Part shown: positions 49,141-61,285 of the stretch, piece after piece
How positions within the stretch are numbered: position 1 is the first letter of the stretch
Layout of the letters: each line of letters starts with the position of its first letter
NCBI GenBank assembly: GCA_963733675.1
Contig: CAVTET010000006.1
Coordinates: 199,961 to 263,960, forward strand
Length of the DNA stretch: 64,000 nt
Source: an uncultured Methanosarcinaceae archaeon
Lineage (GTDB): Archaea; Halobacteriota; Methanosarcinia; Methanosarcinales; Methanosarcinaceae
Direction of reading: 5' to 3'
The notes under the pieces: generated by a model
Database searches by the model: none
Seen by the model: the letters and a program-made list of their open reading frames with translations, nothing else
Told to the model about the DNA's origin: nothing
Translations under genes and position numbers: made by a program

Positions 49141-51076
49141 ACATATGTTAAAACTCTAACGCTAATGTATTTTGTTTTGTACCCAAGGTACATAAATTCG
49201 ATCTTATGATGAAACAACTTATCTCGATTGTATCCAAGGTTTGAAAAATTCTACTGATGAATACAGTAGCTTTTTGCGAAAAGACATTGTATTGATACTA
49301 TATTTATAAAAAGAATAAAAAAAAGTCGAAAACCAAAAATACAAAATAAAACTTTAATTTGTAAGAAAAAACATATGCATGGAGACGATTTAATATTATG
49401 CTATTTTTATTGATGTCAAATTCAGACTATATAATGATAGCGAATTTTTAAACAGATTATCAAGTATGGTTTTAAATAAAGCATTTTTACTCGTTGCTCC
49501 AACCATGTTGGCAGTCTATCATTACAAGGTTAATGTTTTATGCTTAAGTCCCCACTATGACAATTCATCAATTGAAGCAAGAATGTTTTTGCTTCATTGG
49601 ATTGCGAATAGAAAAAAGTTGGAAAAAGGTATTTAGAGTATTTTGTGAACAAAATCAACCAAATGAGAGATGATAATCGACCTATTAATTTATCATAAAA
49701 TCTTATTATATTCCAACAAATCCCAACCAAAATAAAAATGATTTTGATAAACTTCAGATTTTCACGAGAAAATATATATCATTTATAAGCATAGGACAAA
49801 ATTTAGGGTTTTATCAGAATCCACCTAAATGAAGACCGAATAACAGGAAACAAGTGCTTATTGACAGTGCAGTAATTAAAAAATAAAGTTAAAGAGTTAT
49901 GCAAATGGTAAAAATGATATTAGTGGAAATCTTCAAAGAATACTCTGAGGTTAGAAACAGCTTTAGCTTGTGAACTTTGGAGTTTTGAGGTTACATGAAC
50001 TTGGATTGTGGTACAACTTCCCATGTCATTTAAAACTGTGTTGCAAATCAAGGAAACTAGGGGGTAAAAATCATATGAGTGGTTTAAAAGATTCGATTTA
50101 TAATATCTCCTTATATTCGTGGTGTTGATGCTAACATACCCCATTGTTTGCAGTGAGGTGGGACACCTCAACTTTTATTTATGTACTAACGTCAACAATC
50201 ATTCTTGCCAACTCCGTTACAATTTACTGACTGGACTAATGTTGCGATTGGAGATCCTTCGAATGGATTTGTTCGTGCAGCTATGAGTGTTTACTTCCTT
50301 TTATAGCTCGAAAACTGTGAATAGCTCAAGGAATCACCAAAATCTCCACCAAGTATTTACGAATAGTGGATCATGATTTAAAACTGTTAAATAAATATAT
50401 ATATGTTGAGAAGTATTTATACTTAAGTACCGAGGGAAAAAAATGAAACCTGATAATCAGATGAGGTTAAAGATAATCACAAATGTAGTCTCTTATCTTT
50501 TTACCTTTTGTTCCAAATTTGATTATAAATCGAATGCTCCGGAAATATAATTTACTATTTATAATAATTATTTTTATAGGTTAATGTGGCATATAAATGA
50601 TTCCCGTAAATTAGCGGTTTATCTAAATCCTCCGCCATAGACTGAGAGCGACACTAGATATAGTACTGATAAAAATTTGTGATATTTAACAGTATTCCAG
50701 TGATAGTATAATAACTAATAATATCTATGTATAGATAGAAGTCACCTTATGAAGTTCCTTCTGCTATGGATTAGCATAAAATATTGAAACCATTAACAAG
50801 CAACATATAGATCTTGATTTAAAATTACAAATTTCAACAAGTTGTGAGCCGTAACATAAAACATCTGGAGAATCTCATCGCAAAACTTGATTATTATTTC
50901 CAGTACTTTACGACTTCAATAAATAAGAAAAATTGGTAAATTATTAAAATCTTACAATTTTGCCACCTTACCACTCACAATTAGAAATCCCACTTCAAAA
51001 GATTTACAAGGTTTTCTTCTTTAAACCCAAAATGCGGAATGAATATTATCTCATCAATATTATTTAGGGGAATAAA

Positions 51077-51400
51077 ATGAAGACAAGAAATAAAACAAAG
51101 GTTCCGTATACGGTATCAAATATCAAAAGGTGTAGATGCCCTCAGTGTTTTGTCCAGGCTGACAGCAAATGTGTAAAAGAGAAGTATAGTGGATTAAAAA
51201 ATGAATTAGAAAGTTTAGGAGGAGTTGAAGCTCTTGAGCCTGAAAAAGTTCCAGGAATCTACTGTTCTACAGGTATTGCTACCTGTAAAGATTTGGACTT
51301 TAATAAACAATGCATTTGCTATACCTGTCCTGTCTGGGATAGCTATGAATTAGAGAATTCAAAAACGATTATATATTTTTGCAATAAAGGAGAAGTTTGA
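51077..51400 (+). CDS. Cys-rich DUF2769-like protein
   Basis: CRCPQC...YCSTG...C...CICYTCPV...YFCNKG. Confidence 0.75.
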   Translation: MKTRNKTKVPYTVSNIKRCRCPQCFVQADSKCVKEKYSGLKNELESLGGVEALEPEKVPGIYCSTGIATCKDLDFNKQCICYTCPVWDSYELENSKTIIYFCNKGEV

Positions 51401-51571
51401 AAGCCAAATTCTGATTTCGATTAATCCACTGACTCTTCGAAAATAGTTAAACTTAGGTATCTGCTCAGTACTTTTGATTTATAACAATGAGTACAAAAGT
51501 ACTGTTTTTGAGATTTTTCAATATCTTCTGATTCACCAAAATTTACCATGAATTTTAATAACAAATAAATT

Positions 51572-52424
51572 GATTAAGTTGCAAAAAATTTAGAATAAGC
51601 ATGTAAATATATGAATAATGAATAAAAGGTAAATGATCCGAGGAAAATGTACCAACATTATAAAATTATACCAAATAATTGATTAATATATTTGACTTCA
51701 TTAAAAATAGAGTAATTTAGATTATTGACTTGTCTTTTTTTAACCAGATTCATAGCTTCAATTCCTTTTAAAGTCTTACTAGCAGAGTGAAAAACTGGAA
51801 ACCTAGCATTGGAACAATTATCCGCTTTATAGATCAATGATCTTGTTCAATAATGTCATTCAAATACCTAGTTTATCTAATTTCAACATTTTTAAACAAG
51901 TTCTTCTCATTTTTCAGTTCATCTATAGAGATGGATAAGCTGGATTCTTATCAACGGTTATTACTCGTGGAATTTGGTTATGATTAGAACTCAAAGCTTT
52001 CTTAAAGAATCTCTTCGCTGCTTTTCTGTTTCGTTTTGAACTTAACATGAAATCAATTGTATCTCCATTTGAGTTAACTGCTCGGTAAAAATATTTCCAT
52101 TTACCTTTTACTTTGATATAGGTTTCATCAACTCTTCACGAATCATTTGTTGGTCTTAAATGTCTTCTTATCTTCTTTTCTATTTCAGGGGAATATTGAT
52201 GCACCCATCTCATTATAGTACTGTGATCAACTTGAATTCCTCTTTCTATCATCATTTCCTTTAAATTTCTATAGCTCAATGGATATTTTAAGTACCATCT
52301 TACATTCAATAAGATAATTTCCCCTTCATAATGCTTCCATTTAAAGGAATTAGATAGCATGTTACTATCTTTGGTTTTCTTTTTATTCTATTGTATCTTT
52401 CTTATGAATTTTTGCAATAGAACC
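51572..52424 (-). mobile_element. IS6 copy 5, degenerate (premature TGA, worn IRs)
   Basis: Transposase truncated at TNDS*; IR remnants GATTAAGTTGCAAAA and TTTTGCAATAGAACC. Confidence 0.9.
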
Positions 52425-52479
52425 CAGAAAGTTGAAGCAAAGAGTTTTTGATGACCTGAAAACAGTAGAAAATTAATTA

Positions 52480-53454
52480 ATGAAAAACTACATATTAACT
52501 GAGATTCCAATGCCTACAAAAAATAATATACTTGTGACTGGTGGAGCTGGTTTTATAGGGAGCCACCTGGTTGATCGTCTTATAGAAGAAGAAAACAAGA
52601 TTACTATTTTTGACAATCTGAGTTCAGGAAAAATTGGATTTATAGAGAAACATCTTAAAAACACTGATTTCACATTGATAAAAGGAGACATTCTTGATCA
52701 TGAAGTGATAGAAAGAGCTTGCAGAGATATTGACCTAGTTTGTCATGTGGCTGCAAATCCAGATGTCAGGCTTGGAGCTTCAGATACTAAAATCCATTTC
52801 GATCAGAACATTTTGGCAACCTACAATCTTCTTGAAGCTATGCGGAAAAACAACGTTAAAAAAGTTGTATTTACTTCCACCTCTACAATTTATGGAGAGG
52901 CACAGATAATGCCAACTCCAGAGAATTATGGCCCTCTTATCCCTATATCACTATACGGCGCTTCCAAACTTGCCTGTGAAGCTCTTGTTACCTCATACTC
53001 GCATACTTTTGATATGCAAGCATGGATCTTCCGTTTTGCAAACATTGTCGGCCCTCGTAGCACTCATGGGATTATTGTTGATTTTATCCGAAAACTACGG
53101 GGAAATCCTACGCAGCTGGAAATTTTGGGCGATGGTCAGCAGGAAAAGTCCTATTTGCATGTATCAGAATGCGTCAATTCGATGTTGTTTGCAATAGAAA
53201 AAAGCAGAGAAGATGTGAATATTTTCAATATTGGATCAGAGGATACTATCAGTTCTACTGGAATAGGAAGAGTGATTGTGGAAGAAATGGAACTTTCTGA
53301 TATTAAGTTTATCTACACTGGAGGAAGTAGGGGCTGGAAAGGAGATGTACCAAAGATGAGATTAGACATCGAAAAACTCAAGGCCATTGGATGGAAGCCT
53401 GCCTATACATCAGAAAAAAGCGTGAGGGAAACTTCGAGAGCATTACTTACCTGA
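52480..53454 (+). CDS. NAD-dependent nucleotide-sugar epimerase/dehydratase (GalE-like)
   Basis: GGAGFIG, TSTSTIYG, YGASK, FRFANIVG, GWKGDV; start may be ATG 52510. Confidence 0.92.
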   Translation: MKNYILTEIPMPTKNNILVTGGAGFIGSHLVDRLIEEENKITIFDNLSSGKIGFIEKHLKNTDFTLIKGDILDHEVIERACRDIDLVCHVAANPDVRLGASDTKIHFDQNILATYNLLEAMRKNNVKKVVFTSTSTIYGEAQIMPTPENYGPLIPISLYGASKLACEALVTSYSHTFDMQAWIFRFANIVGPRSTHGIIVDFIRKLRGNPTQLEILGDGQQEKSYLHVSECVNSMLFAIEKSREDVNIFNIGSEDTISSTGIGRVIVEEMELSDIKFIYTGGSRGWKGDVPKMRLDIEKLKAIGWKPAYTSEKSVRETSRALLT

Positions 53455-54114
53455 TATAGGTTCATGTGACCCTTTAATGTCTCTAGTTTTAATTTTTAAG
53501 ATAAGTCTTAATATATTTTCCTTGTTTCGTATGACGTTATTATTTTTCTATATTCCTCGACTACATATATCTGGAGACCTGTCAAAAATGTCATAGCCCA
53601 TTCATTGTATCAGCTATATAGAATTTTTCGATACAGATTTCATCTTTGATGTATCGATCTGCAGATTCTGGAGTATTATCGATCAAACTTGCATTTTTTG
53701 AAGTCGGAATCTTTTTCTTGTAATTATGGAGTGCTACCTATTATGAGTCAAGTATTTTTTTCATTATATTTCAGTAAAGATTCTTAGAATAACCTTTTTA
53801 GCCTTTTTTCATAGCTTGTAAGTGATGTGAAATCATGGAACTTATTAACCTTAACAATATAGTTATATCCGTTTCTGTAAACATCCCTTCTTATTCCTTT
53901 GTTTTGATGCATAATCTAACTATTAGTTTTTCCACCGTTCGTTTTTCTTTATCTTCTTGATCCTGTCTCCTATATCTCTGGACCTATCAAGGTTAATTTA
54001 TCGTTTACTAAATTAATGGACTCCTGATAGGTTAAAATATTTTGTTGAGCACACAGTATAAAAAGCTTTATCATTAGAACATCTGATTTGTATAGAGACA
54101 ATCATTACAAAACT

Positions 54115-54962
54115 GATTCCGTTGCAAAAAAATTCATAATAAACATATAAATATATGAATAATGATAAAAGGCAAAATATCCGAGGGGAATGTACCAAAT
54201 TATAGAACTATCCCAAATAATTGATTAATATATTTGACTTCATCAAAACCAAAGTAATTTGGATTATTGACTTGTCCTTTTTAACCATATTCATAGCTTT
54301 AATTCCTTTTAAAGTTTTGTTAGCAGATAGAAAAAACTGAAAGTTTAGCCTTGGAGTAATTATCCGCTTTACATACCTGTGATCTTGTTCTATAATGTTA
54401 TTCAAATACTTGACTTGTCTAATTTCAATATTTTTAGGTAACTTCTTCTCATTTTTCAGTTCATCTATGGCTATCGATAAGATGCATTCTTATCAACTGT
54501 TATTATTCTCGGCATTTGATTATGATTAGAACTCAAAGCTTTCTTAAAAAATCTCTTCGCTACATTTCGATTTCGTTTTGTACTTAGCATGAAATCAATT
54601 GTGTCTCCATCTGAATCAACTGCTCTGTAAAGATATTCCCATTCACCTTTTATTTGTATATAGGTTTCATCAACCCTCCATGAATCAGTCGTTGGTCCTA
54701 AATGCCTTCTTATCTTCTTTTCTATTTCAGGTGAATATTGATGTACCCATCTCATAGTAGTGTGATCAACTTGTATTCCTCTTTCTGCCATCATTTCCTC
54801 TAAATTTCTATAGCTCAATGGATATTTTAGATACCATCTTACATTCAATAGGATAATTTTTCCTTCATAATGCTTCCATTTAAAGGAACTAGATAGCATA
54901 ATACACCCTTGATTTCCTCTTTATTCTATTGTATCTTTCTTATGAATTTTTGCGACAGAACC
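54115..54962 (-). mobile_element. IS6 copy 6, diverged and frameshifted
   Basis: IR remnants GATTCCGTTGCAAAA and TTTTGCGACAGAACC; transposase split into 54471-54899 and 54208-54405. Confidence 0.9.
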
Positions 54963-55886
54963 ATTTGTTTTTGTATCCGGGTTTGTTCTTTACAATAAAT
55001 ACAAAGTAGAAATACCAATAAAAGATTTTTAGAAAAAAGATTGATAGTTATACTTATCCACTATCTTATTTTCTCAGTACTCTACTGTATCGTGAATGCA
55101 CAATTAGGTTTCATTCCCGCCTTAACATTAAATTCAGTAATCACATGCATTTTTACTTTCAATGCATCGGGTCAGTTTTGATATATTAGAATCATATTGA
55201 TATTATAAATTTTTTATCCTGCCATCGTCGCTTACTACGAAATTATAAAAGATCGTATTGGAATTTATACACCCACTGCATTTTATATCCACATTAATAA
55301 TGTATCTCTTCATATTGTTTGTACCTTCATTCTGACTTGCCCTCGCCACTCTGCTTAAGTATTTGCTATACTTCTTATTCGGAATATATACAAATGACAA
55401 TTATGAACTAATATGCCGAAATTTTGAAAGAATTTCGATGAAAGAAATCATACTTTTGAGTGATTTGATTTTAGGTCTTCCGTTTTTTCTATGCTCCTGG
55501 TTGTAGATCAAAGATGCAGCACACAATTCTCAAATTTAATTCTGTATTATCACCAAGTGACATCGATAAGCACTTATATACTATATATATGCATATTTAT
55601 TCTTTGTTTGTATCAGTTATTAGTATATATGCCCAGTATCGAAATATTGCAAAAGATAGGAGAATATTCTGACGGAATATTTTTAGTTCATGCATTTTTT
55701 CTTAATTTCTTTACTGTATCCATATTTCCTCGATTTTCTATTTTTCCGACCAGCTTAAATTTTTACATAATTTTATTTACAGTAATGCTAAAAATGAGTT
55801 ATTTTACAGTGAAACTAATGCTAAGCAACTGCTTTACAACTTATATGATCACAGGAAAATTAAAACCTTATCAGCACTCAACTTAG
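54963..55886 (+). pseudogene. Acyltransferase family 3 (OafA-like), 5'-truncated at the IS6 and fragmented
   Basis: FVFVSGFVLYNKY immediately after the IS end; LQKIGEYSDGIFLVH motif. Confidence 0.7.
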
Positions 55887-56368
55887 CACTTTTAAGAAGA
55901 GTCGTTTCTCGTTTTTAGGACACGTTAATAAGTCTTATTTTTACTAGACATTCACCCTGAGCCGCCTGAACAGATTAAAACAGCTAATAATTGATATAGC
56001 AGAACACTTGATTATTTTATATTTTCATTACAAGAATTTCTACCAAGGCCTTTTTGCTCTTACTGCTTCAATTACTTTCTGATTTATCAAGGTCATCATT
56101 AGCCTTCCAAGCAGAAAAGGTAATTAGACTGAAAAAAGCGAATTTGTTTAAAATTAAATTAGTCGGCGTTTATCTATCACTCTTAAGCTTGTAAGTTAGG
56201 GTAATAGTGCAAAAAAATTGTAATGTAAAGGTGACATTGAAAATAAACTTATGCTTTTACTTTAAAAACCTATGCATAAATGTAATAATAAGAAATTATT
56301 TTTTGTTAACGTTAAACCGACAAGAATTAATAAAACTTATCCTAGATATAAATATAGTTAGGTGGTGT

Positions 56369-57270
56369 TATGAACAAGAATCGAATTCTGATGTTCGATG
56401 TGCTGTGAATTGTAACAAGAATGATGGTCGTCTTAAGCCATGTAGACTGGTTTTATGGCGTAGCGCAGCAGTCCTTTGAAATACCCGAAATGTACGCTAT
56501 AGGTTTATATGAAAGCATTGGAGGGTGGAGGGTATTCATATTTATTCTAATAAGTGGAGCTGCTTTAGAATATACATATGGAACTAAAATCCATAGCCCA
56601 GTAAATAATTTTGATGCGAACGGCTTTATGAAAAAAGGCTTATCAGGATTTATCGGCATGTTTATTTACTATTTTACTTGAAGTGGTATTAGGTGATGGA
56701 ATACTTTCAAATTTAAAATGGTCGGAACTCGTAATGACGATCACCGGATTTTACCCAGCCTTCACACTAGCTGGTGTTCCCACAACTACATGGAAGGGCA
56801 CTATTGATGGAATAGGCTGGTTCATAGGGACCATAGTATGTCTTTACTTGATGTATCCCTGTTTATCAAAATTTTTGAAAGAGAATGGTATATCAGGTCT
56901 CTTCACAATATTTTTAGTTGCCATGTTCGTTAGAATAACCATGCCTCCGGGATTCGGAGGGAGGAGTTGGTATTGATTCCCATTGTCCAGAATGTTAGAA
57001 TTTTCGCTAAGGATTTATATTATTCAGAATGGATATTATATAAAAACCGTAAACGATTCAATCCTGATAAAGTTTTGTAGCGACTTATGTTTTCCAATAT
57101 TTCTCGTGCATTATTTTCTGCAGGAAATCATGTGGAAAATCCCAGACAAGTATAATCTGAATATAATTATATATGTATTCATTACTATAATCGTTGCATA
57201 ATATCGTTTATTTCATGGATCCACATATCAAATAGATAATTGAAAAATACATTTAACAGGTTACTTTAAA
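56369..57270 (+). pseudogene. Second acyltransferase family 3 pseudogene
   Basis: MNKNRILMFDVL*...VVLSH, FIFILISG, GWFIGTIVCLYLMYP, SDLCFPIFLVH; several stops and frameshifts. Confidence 0.75.
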
Positions 57271-58203
57271 GCAACAAGGTGGATCACAAAATGAGAATTA
57301 GTGTTGTAGATGATGTCTATTAATGATAGCTAAGACAGTTATTTTTTTCACAGTGAGAGTAAAATGCATGATAGCTACATGATTCAAATTCAGACTCTAA
57401 TAAATTAGAAAGCTATAGAACCATCTGGAGCCAAAACAGCAAATGTAATAAAAAACTGTATCCTAGATATGCAAAGATAAATTGCGATAGGAATTTTACG
57501 ATTTATACTCTGGTGTATAAATTAGATAAATAATAAAATAGTATTCACCCATAAAGAATATTCATCAATCTGCTTCTGGGTATTGTAGCACCTCTGACTC
57601 ATGATATCAAATCAGCTGGTAGAATGATTATAGCCAAACAATTGTTATCTCCCTACTTATATATTCTTTTTTGATGAAAAATATCAAAATTTAGAGAAAA
57701 TATAGACTAAATTAGATAAAGACCAATATTTTGAAAGGCAGCGAACTTAGGATATATCTAAAAGAAGATCATCGATATATACAACTCACTTACAGAATAA
57801 TTTTTAACCATAACATCTTTACGATTTAATTCTTCTTATTTTCTGTCGTAGAATGAAAGCCAGGAGAAGACTTAAAGAAATCGGTGGAACTATATAACAG
57901 ACCAAATTAAGAAACAAACTCGAAAGAAAACATTGAAATTGGTATTAATTCTGATGAAGGAGACTATAGTAGTCAAAATAGAAGTTGACTTACAAATTGT
58001 AATTCAAATTATAAGCTTAAAATTTAATCTAAAAAAAGATAATAAGTTGGAATAGAATTAATTGCGAAAAATATTATTTTTGAGAAGAGATCTGTGGGAT
58101 GTCGAAGAAATAACTGAATTATATTCGAATCTAAAATTACTTCGAAACATATATATATATAGATTTAAATCTGATACTAAATAAATTAAAAAAGAGACTA
58201 CAC

Positions 58204-59274
58204 ATGAAAAAAACCATCTTCCATGATTATTTCGGAGCTATTGGCGGTGGAGAAAAAGTTGCAATCACTCTAGCTAAATTATTGAACGCTGATATTATCA
58301 CTACAGATATGGATGCTGCTAATAAACTGGATACAGAAGTGGATGTTAGATCTCTTGGACACACACGGACAATCCACCCACTAAAACAGATATCTGCAAC
58401 AAAAAAATTTTATTCTTCTAATTTTTCAAATGATTATGGTTTTTCCATCTTTTCAGGAAACTGGAGCCATTATGCAGCCCATATTCATCATCCTAATATG
58501 TGGTACAGCCACACACCTGTAAGAGCATTTTATGACCTATACGACACTTTCTTACATAGACAGGATATTGTAACCCTGTAGGCTTTTCGTTTGTTGGTAC
58601 ATAGACATAGATGGATGGATCAACGATCAGTGAATAGTATAGACCAAGTTGTCACTAATTCAAGAAATACTCCGAAGGGAATTGAGAAATATTAGCACAG
58701 AACAGCTGACATAATTTATCCTACAGTTGATGTTTCAAAGTTTAAATATAAGGAGTACGGGGACTTTTGGCTCTCGATAAATAGGCTTTACCCTGAAAAA
58801 AGGATCGAATTGAAAATAAATTCATTTAGAGAAATACCTGATGAAAAAATTCTCATTGTAGGTGGCCATGCAAGAGGTAATCACGCTGTGAAGTATGCAA
58901 AGAATATAATCAATGGGCTACCTCAAAACGTAAACATACTTGGGGAAATTTCCGAACAGGAATTAATTAACCTTTACGTCAGACGTAAAGGTTTAATCTG
59001 TACAGCGTTTGACGAAGACTTTGGTCTAACTCCTGTGGAAGCAATGGCAAGTGGAACGCCTGTTGTCGCTGTGAACGAAGGTGGATTTAGGGAGACGGTT
59101 ACAGAAATAACGGGTCTTCTGATAAATGCAGATCTTCAGAGTATTACAGAAGCTGTCAAATTCATATCAAATAAACCCGAAAGTTATAGGCAAGCCTGTC
59201 TTGAGCAGGCAAAACGCTTTGATATTTCAATTTTCAGTAAAAATATAAAAAATGTGATAAATAATGATTTTTAA
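58204..59274 (+). pseudogene. GT4-family glycosyltransferase in one reading frame with two internal TAG codons (58579, 58693)
   Basis: GGGEKV, WYSHTPVR, NRLYPEKRIEL, DEDFGLTPVEAMASGTPVVA; no frameshift between the segments. Confidence 0.85.
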
Positions 59275-60043
59275 GCACATAGAAGAACTATACAGCTATA
59301 GGAATCTTATTTGGCAATTAGCGTGGAGCGATTTTAAATTAAGGTATAAAAATTCTATGCTCGGTTATTTATGGTCTCTTCTAGAACCTCTACTTATGCT
59401 CCTAGTTCTATATTTGGTTTTCACTAACTTAATGAAGAACCAGATAGAACATTACCAGTTGTTCCTGTTTATTGGGATCATTTTATGGGGTTTTTTGAGT
59501 AGAGCTACTAACGCTGGGATGTTTTCAATAGTAGAAAAAGCAAATATTGTTAAGAAAATTTACTTCCCACGGGACATCTTTGTTATTTCTTCATGCATTA
59601 CAGCTTTGCTTATGAGTATCTTTGAATCTGTGGTATTTGCAATGTTTATGGTATTTTACAGGATACCAGTTTCTATCAATTTGGTATATGCACCGCTTAT
59701 CCTACTCTTCCTATGTATCATTTCACTTGGACTCTCTTTAGCGCTTTCGGCATTGAATGTATTTTACAAGGATGTCCAGTTTATCTGGCAGGTACTTTTG
59801 CAGATCGGATTTTATTTAACTCCTATAATTTATACCATCGAAATCTTTCCTAAAAACCTACAAAAATTTGTCCTACTGAATCCGATTGCACGGATTATTA
59901 TTTCTGCAAGGAATACTATTATTTATTCATCTCCAGCTAAAATGGAGGATCTTTTATTTATGCTTCTATCATCGATAGTCTTCCTTTTTATTGGATATAT
60001 TATTTTTTCCAGATTAGAATCCAGATTTGCAGAGGAGATATGA
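59264..60043 (+). CDS. wzm: ABC-2 polysaccharide export permease (Wzm/RfbA-like)
   Basis: SDFKLRYKNSMLGYLWSLLEP, KKIYFP, FYLTPIIY, NPIA. Confidence 0.92.
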   Translation: MIFKHIEELYSYRNLIWQLAWSDFKLRYKNSMLGYLWSLLEPLLMLLVLYLVFTNLMKNQIEHYQLFLFIGIILWGFLSRATNAGMFSIVEKANIVKKIYFPRDIFVISSCITALLMSIFESVVFAMFMVFYRIPVSINLVYAPLILLFLCIISLGLSLALSALNVFYKDVQFIWQVLLQIGFYLTPIIYTIEIFPKNLQKFVLLNPIARIIISARNTIIYSSPAKMEDLLFMLLSSIVFLFIGYIIFSRLESRFAEEI

Positions 60044-61266
60044 TGGTGGCAATTGAAGTTGAACACTTACACAAAACATTTCGCATACCTCATGAAAAAA
60101 GAACAACTATATTTGAAACTTTGACAGGAGCCTTCAATCCTCCGATGTATGAAAATTTTCATGCACTCAATGACATCAACTTTACAGTTGAAGAAGGAGA
60201 AGCTCTTGGGATTATTGGAGAGAACGGGAGTGGAAAGAGCACATTATTGAAAATTATTGCCAAAATCTTACGTCCATCAGCAGGGAGCGTTACAACCACA
60301 AAGAAACTCACCCCATTCCTTGAACTTGGAGTTGGTTTCCAGCCGAATCTCACGGCTGCAGAGAACGTAAAAATTTATGCAACTATCATGGGTATGCAGA
60401 AGAGAGAAATTAATGATAAAATATACGGTATTATTGAATTCGCAGGACTCGAGAAATTCAAGGACACTAAACTAAAAAACTTTTCATCAGGTATGCAGGT
60501 AAGGCTTGCATTTTCAACAGCAATTCAAACTGATCCGGAGATCCTTTTGATGGATGAAGTTCTGGCAGTGGGAGATATGGAGTTCCAGCAAAAGTGTATG
60601 GATGTTCTTAGTCAATATCGGAAAGATGGAGTCACAATTGTTTTCGTGTCACACGATCTTGGGGCAGTAAGGAGGTTCTGTGATAAGACTTTACTTCTGA
60701 ATAAAGGGAAACAGGTAGTTTTAGGGAATACAGGAGAGGTCCTTGACCGCTATGTATATGGTGGCGGAAACGAAGCACTTAATTCTTCTGAAAAACAGAA
60801 TGAATCAAAGATTGCTGAAATCGAGGTGAAGTCTGAGAACAAAACTCCCATGTGGGAGGATAAGGAAATTGAAATTACCAATGTAGAGTTTTACGATAAA
60901 TTTGATAATAAAGGAGCCAGATTTAATTCTTTTGATCCGATGACAGTAAGGATCTTTTACAATGCACATAAAAAAATTTATGATCCAGTATTCGGGATTG
61001 CTCTTTATTCTGAAAATGGAGAAAACCTTTTTGGTACAAATACTGAATTAAAAAAAGTTTCAATTGATTCTATTGAAGGGAAAGGGCATATTGATCTCCT
61101 GATAGAGCGAATCCCTATGATAACAGGAAGATTTCTACTGACAGTAGCTGTGCATACTCACGATCAAAAACCTTATGATTGGCATGATAAACAGTATTCA
61201 TTTGATGTGATTCCGACCTGTAGAGATGCTGGAATTTTTGAGGTACCTTGCAATTGGAAAATCTGA
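60040..61266 (+). CDS. wzt: ABC polysaccharide export ATPase with C-terminal carbohydrate-binding domain (Wzt)
   Basis: GENGSGKST, FSSGMQVRL, LMDEVLAVGD, VSHD; ~140-aa Wzt_C-type extension. Confidence 0.93.
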   Translation: MMVAIEVEHLHKTFRIPHEKRTTIFETLTGAFNPPMYENFHALNDINFTVEEGEALGIIGENGSGKSTLLKIIAKILRPSAGSVTTTKKLTPFLELGVGFQPNLTAAENVKIYATIMGMQKREINDKIYGIIEFAGLEKFKDTKLKNFSSGMQVRLAFSTAIQTDPEILLMDEVLAVGDMEFQQKCMDVLSQYRKDGVTIVFVSHDLGAVRRFCDKTLLLNKGKQVVLGNTGEVLDRYVYGGGNEALNSSEKQNESKIAEIEVKSENKTPMWEDKEIEITNVEFYDKFDNKGARFNSFDPMTVRIFYNAHKKIYDPVFGIALYSENGENLFGTNTELKKVSIDSIEGKGHIDLLIERIPMITGRFLLTVAVHTHDQKPYDWHDKQYSFDVIPTCRDAGIFEVPCNWKI

Positions 61267-61285
61267 GTTCAGGATGTGAGATTTT

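Noticed and set aside
50590-50770. Fluoride-riboswitch-like words (AAACCGC, TGACTTCTA) on the minus strand
   Set aside because: Wrong order and spacing, and no fluoride-related gene downstream
54465-54480. TAG in IS6 copy 6 as a pyrrolysine readthrough site
   Set aside because: It results from a frameshifting deletion; the downstream homologous sequence is in another frame
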